A stretch of 64,000 bases of DNA, from assembly GCA_010909165.1 (NCBI GenBank), contig VJWM01000068.1, positions 372,001 to 436,000 on the forward strand, given 5' to 3'. Positions 59,861 to 64,000 of this stretch are shown piece after piece. Made by a program: the position numbers and the translations under genes. This stretch comes from Anthoceros angustus (Eukaryota; Plantae; Anthocerotophyta). How positions within the stretch are numbered: the first letter of the stretch is position 1; each line of letters opens with the position of its first letter. Under the pieces are notes generated by a model. That model saw nothing but the letters and a program-made list of their open reading frames with translations. It was not told the origin of the DNA and did not search any database.

Positions 59861-62800
59861 CTTGGCTAATACTTACCGCCTATCCACCTAGCCTATCCCC
59901 AACAAGAGTGCTAGAAATAAATGCCCAGAGCTAGCCTTTTAAATAAGCTGGCTCCCTTCACGACGCAGCTTGTAAACTGCCTAAAGCTGACTAGTTACTT
60001 GAGCGCCAAGCAAACCCTCCCTACCACTAACCACATATGTTACTAAATTATTTATCAATTACCTATCTAAAAATACCATTCCGTCCAATTTAAACTCCAC
60101 TTCCCGCAATCAAAGTAGCTATTATCCTAGGATACGGATACGTTTGAACTTCCAGCCTCTCAGAACCAGGAATACGCAAGTGTAAGGTAGTTTGCTCACC
60201 ATAAGAAAATGATGAAGAGTAGACGGGTAGCGAGATGGGTAGTTTGCTCACCATAAGCGCTTGGTTAGGGTTGAAAAAAAAGCTAAGGCCCGGGGGGCCG
60301 TATCGTGATCGTGGCGAACCGTGGAGAAAGTTGCGTTGAAGCAGAAGGTGTGGAGGTAAGAAATTGGGATGCCTCTTTAGAATGCCATTTGTGACGGGGC
60401 GGCTGGATTGATGACAGGTTGTAGCTGTGGCAGGGAGCGACCGAGGTCGTGACACTGTACTGGGGGCCGGGCCGGGCGGGGCCTAGGCCTGATTCTGGCC
60501 AGTCCCACTCCCAACACACAAGGAAGCGGCTGGATCTTAGATCATCAGCATCTTCTCCCTTAAGCTTGTGCGCAGCCGACACCACTCCAGGAGCACAAAG
60601 ACTGTGCTTGCTTGTGGGTCCGTGATGGAGGCTTTGAAGTCCTTGAGACATGCTTGGAAAATCACTGGCATACAGAGCAGAGTAGAAGCTTTCATACAGC
60701 CCTTGATAGCACAGCCTAGCTCGTCGTTACTCGAAAATCAAGGCTAAGGTTGAGGATCTCTCTTCACCGTGATCCAGACCATGTTCCTTCGGTATCACCT
60801 TGGGGGAAGCCTACCAAAGGAGACCAATGATACGTAAACCACGACCTCTTTAACGGACTGTTTGCGGACCAAGGGTCTTGAATCAATCGGAAGCCACGAT
60901 CTGGAACCAACAGACGCGCAACGGTAATATTGAAAACTGTTTAGCTCTGCAACATTGAAGCGTCGGAGCCAGTGAATGCGGTGACGGAGACTTCCTCATT
61001 CGGATTAATTTCAACTGCGCGCTAATAAGATCCAGCGCTGGCCCTGCTTCCCGTGGGATAACCTCCCAGCAGTCGCAATTAATTCTCCTTCACTTCGTCA
61101 CTGTTTTCACAATCTGAGAGTACAGCTAGCTGCACTGAACGTTGAGAGTTAACATTTACTGTACAGTGCGAACATCGTACCGGTACCATGGAACGACCTC
61201 ATCCTTCTTATTGCCAGGTTGAATTCTCACCCTCTGCGTGCATCTCCAGCGTACATATGTATGTAGAAGGCTTTTGTCAACATTGGTGCTGTTCACAGGG
61301 ACGTAGATAGGTTTTGTACACCTCCGTGATTAATTCTTGTTCATGAATGCTTCTGTACAGGCATGGGTCCCCGACCTAGTCATCTTCCCAGGAGGTCTGC
61401 TTCCGTTCGAGAGCATATTGAATTCCCCCACGGTGGAGGTGGAAGAAATCACGGAGCTCGCCGATCGCGAGGAGCAGCCCCTGTGGAGGAGGATGGTGGA
61501 TGGGATCGGGTCTCTGATCATCCGCATCACCGCTCTGTACGATTGGCTGGTCTCGGGTCTCAGGGATCTGCAAGAGTGGTGGGTGGCCAATTTGATTGAT
61601 ATGGAATAGCTGCTTCGGGGCCTCCTGCGCATCATGGTGGGTTGGGTGCAGGCAGCTTTTGAGGGTGTTCGGCATCGGGTGGGCGATGATCTCCGGTCTT
61701 TTGGCGTTTGGCTGTGACGGGATGACGAGAATTTGGTTGGATGGCAGAATTTGCGTCTGATTTGATGCCATCTAATCAATGGGCCTGTGGACTTGGCTGC
61801 TCAAGGGCGTGGAGATCATTCGAGGTTTATGGGATTGGCTGCTTGCCGCTGTCAGGTCTCGCCGGGGATTGCATACATGTTCCATATATGGCCGTAGTAT
61901 GGCCGATTGTCAACACGTGTATACCATAGATCATTTTTCAAGATAAGATGTTAGATGTCTGATATCCATCTGGGAGGGATACAGAGGAGCATTTGATAGA
62001 TGTTAGACTTTCCTTGATAGACACCCTGGGAGGAAGTATGGAATACCGATCTCGTCACACGGGCCCTTTAGGGTTTTTTTCCATTGTGACCAAAGAAGTT
62101 TTCCGGCCGCATACGGCGGGAAAACTTCGTACACACTTGACGACATCGGTCGCTCGCTACCGCCTCGTGTCCCGATCTCGCCACTAATGGTGTTTGTGTC
62201 GAATCTTTTACGGTTGTGTGTGACACACAATGTTTTCGCTTTTAGGGTCAGTGAGGGCATGGGCCATCGGACATCCTTTCGATGACCCCATCCGCCTGCC
62301 GCTTGCCCGCTTGCCATCACGAACCGCCACCGTGGCTTGATGGGAGATAGCGTGAGGAGACAGGCATGCTCGCAAGGCATAGGTGCCCTTCGCCTCGATA
62401 GCGCAGCGCCATGTACGCCGCGCTACCGCTATCGCAGCCATCCAGCGTCAGGCGACAAGGGGCCAGCCATACAGCCTCGCGGTAGCGCACACCATCTTCA
62501 CAACCAGCCTTTACATTGCACCACAACAAAGCCACCACCGGGCTCAACTCTCAAAACGCCGTAACAAACAAATCCAAATTGTCACCGCCTCCTGTCATGG
62601 TGAGCGACAAAATGTCACCGCCTCCTGTGTCATGGTGAGCGACAAATCAATTTTCTCCAGCCTACACCTAGCTCACTCCGGCGGGCTGCAACTGGGCCAC
62701 ACGCCTCACACCTCGTGCACCATAGACGCAGCAGGTGATGGCCGCCCACGCCCACGGGTGGCTTCACCTCCGCCCACCGGTGGAGGTATTCGGGCAATCG

Positions 62801-63199
62801 TCCCTGTGCTCCTGCACTCCCTGCAGTGTTGTTAGTGCCATGTGCACCGATACATGTCCGGAGGAAGTCCATGTCCGCAATCCTTTGCATATGCATTGTC
62901 CTCGCCATCTGCGGTTCTGCACAACCCACGCAGCGGCCCATACGATTCGATTCCCCTGCTCGCACAAATGGCGCTGGCGCGCCCTCCCTCCCTCCACAAT
63001 GTCAGAACTCATGACAAAATGAATGGACAGGCGACTGCGATTTGCTCACCGCTCCCGGTCATGGTGAGCGACAAAATGTCACCGAGTGGTGGCATCTCGG
63101 GGCCACGCTTTGTGCATACCGAGGGCCACCCACATCGAACTCCTCGCCATCGCCTCCTCACCATATGCGGGTGGTCGCACCCACCCTTGTAGTCGACCT

Positions 63200-63930
63200 T
63201 CTTCTTGAATGCGATAGCGAGCACATGGCCGGAATGTCCCCCGCCGGCTGCCCCGATCTTCCGCACCCGTGCCTATTCCATACCGCCTCCAACGCCGAGC
63301 TCCGCCTCATCGTGGCATGAAGGTCACGCAGGAATGGATGTGCTGTGGGTTGGTGATGTCCAGTCACGCTCCTCACCATATCCATCATGTACCCTTGTAG
63401 AGGAATGCCCACTTCTCTCCCAAGGACCGCCAAATGCTCAATCCTCCGCAACCATCCCGCATTCATCGACTTCACCACCGCATAAGGAAAACGACCAACC
63501 TCCTAACTTTTACGGTTGTGCAGAGGGGCGGATGAAGTTGCTTCCATGTGCCCTTGGCCTCGCTCGGTTCATATCTCGCCTCTATTAGGTTGTGCTCGCT
63601 GCGTAGTCCGACCGAATCCGCGGATGCCCAAACTTCCTCACCGCTTCCACATAGGCGTTGAAAATCGTCCCCGCTTGTTATCCTCCAAGACCAACTGTGG
63701 GACGAATGGGTTGCCCCATCTATGGCCCTGCACTCAAGTAGAATTGGTACATCTTGTCATAAGTCGCGACAAGGCAACCATGCAGTGCTGATTGCGCCAC
63801 AACTCCCGCAATCACTTCTTCCTCGCAACGCGAACTGCGAACATCGCATGCCCCCTCTCACGCACTTACAATCCATATGCCACATGTACATGGGTGTCGA
63901 TTGGTATCGGATGCCATGCGCCTCGCGCGC
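63200..63930 (-). mobile_element. Decayed IS3EU-like (rve/integrase-core) DDE transposase; the element may start at 62112 and continues past the right edge
   Basis: Minus-strand frameshifted motifs in order: YMWHMD, putative intron (gtaagt donor at 63869), YDKM, AIDGAT, AGTIFNAYVEAVRKFGHPRIRSDY, SEHNLI, LHNRK. Recognised from recalled family motifs, not from a database search. Confidence 0.65.
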
Positions 63931-64000
63931 TGGCTATCGCGACCATCCGGCGTCGTGCGCTGAGGGCCAGCCATACGGGCCTCGGCGGTGGCGCACACCA

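Noticed and set aside
60500-60800. Kinase-like fragment on the minus strand (LIFE..QGLQSLHHG)
   Set aside because: No HRD, DFG or other supporting motifs; similarity is too weak.

Overview
Eukaryotic, intron-containing land-plant DNA. Short GT-AG introns and PLS-class PPR genes with long-insertion motifs suggest a fern, lycophyte or hornwort (inference). Genes, left to right: an MBD9-like chromatin reader (5557-15527, three MBDs plus four AT-hooks); a TTM1/2-like uridine kinase-CYTH gene (21557-25116); two intronless histone H3 copies (40911-41316 and 52664-53074, minus strand); and a tightly packed same-strand block of mitoribosomal mS33, two DYW-less PLS-E/E+ PPR genes and a SOUL heme-binding gene (41959-50669). 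A pseudogenised duplicate of the TTM 3' end lies next to the second H3. Mobile DNA includes an LTR+PBS at the left edge, a 5'-truncated LINE inserted into a tRNA-Ser(UGA) pseudogene, a decayed Ty1/copia with a nested TG..CA element, a pogo/Tc1-like non-autonomous element, and a decayed IS3EU-like DDE transposase at the right edge. Several tandem near-duplications and homopolymer frameshifts look like long-read assembly errors, so pseudogene calls need caution. Strongest leads: a candidate polycistronic mS33-PPR-PPR(-SOUL) unit, an IS3EU-like transposon in a land plant, a tRNA-interrupting LINE, the triple-MBD/AT-hook MBD9, and an H3 variant with R64.
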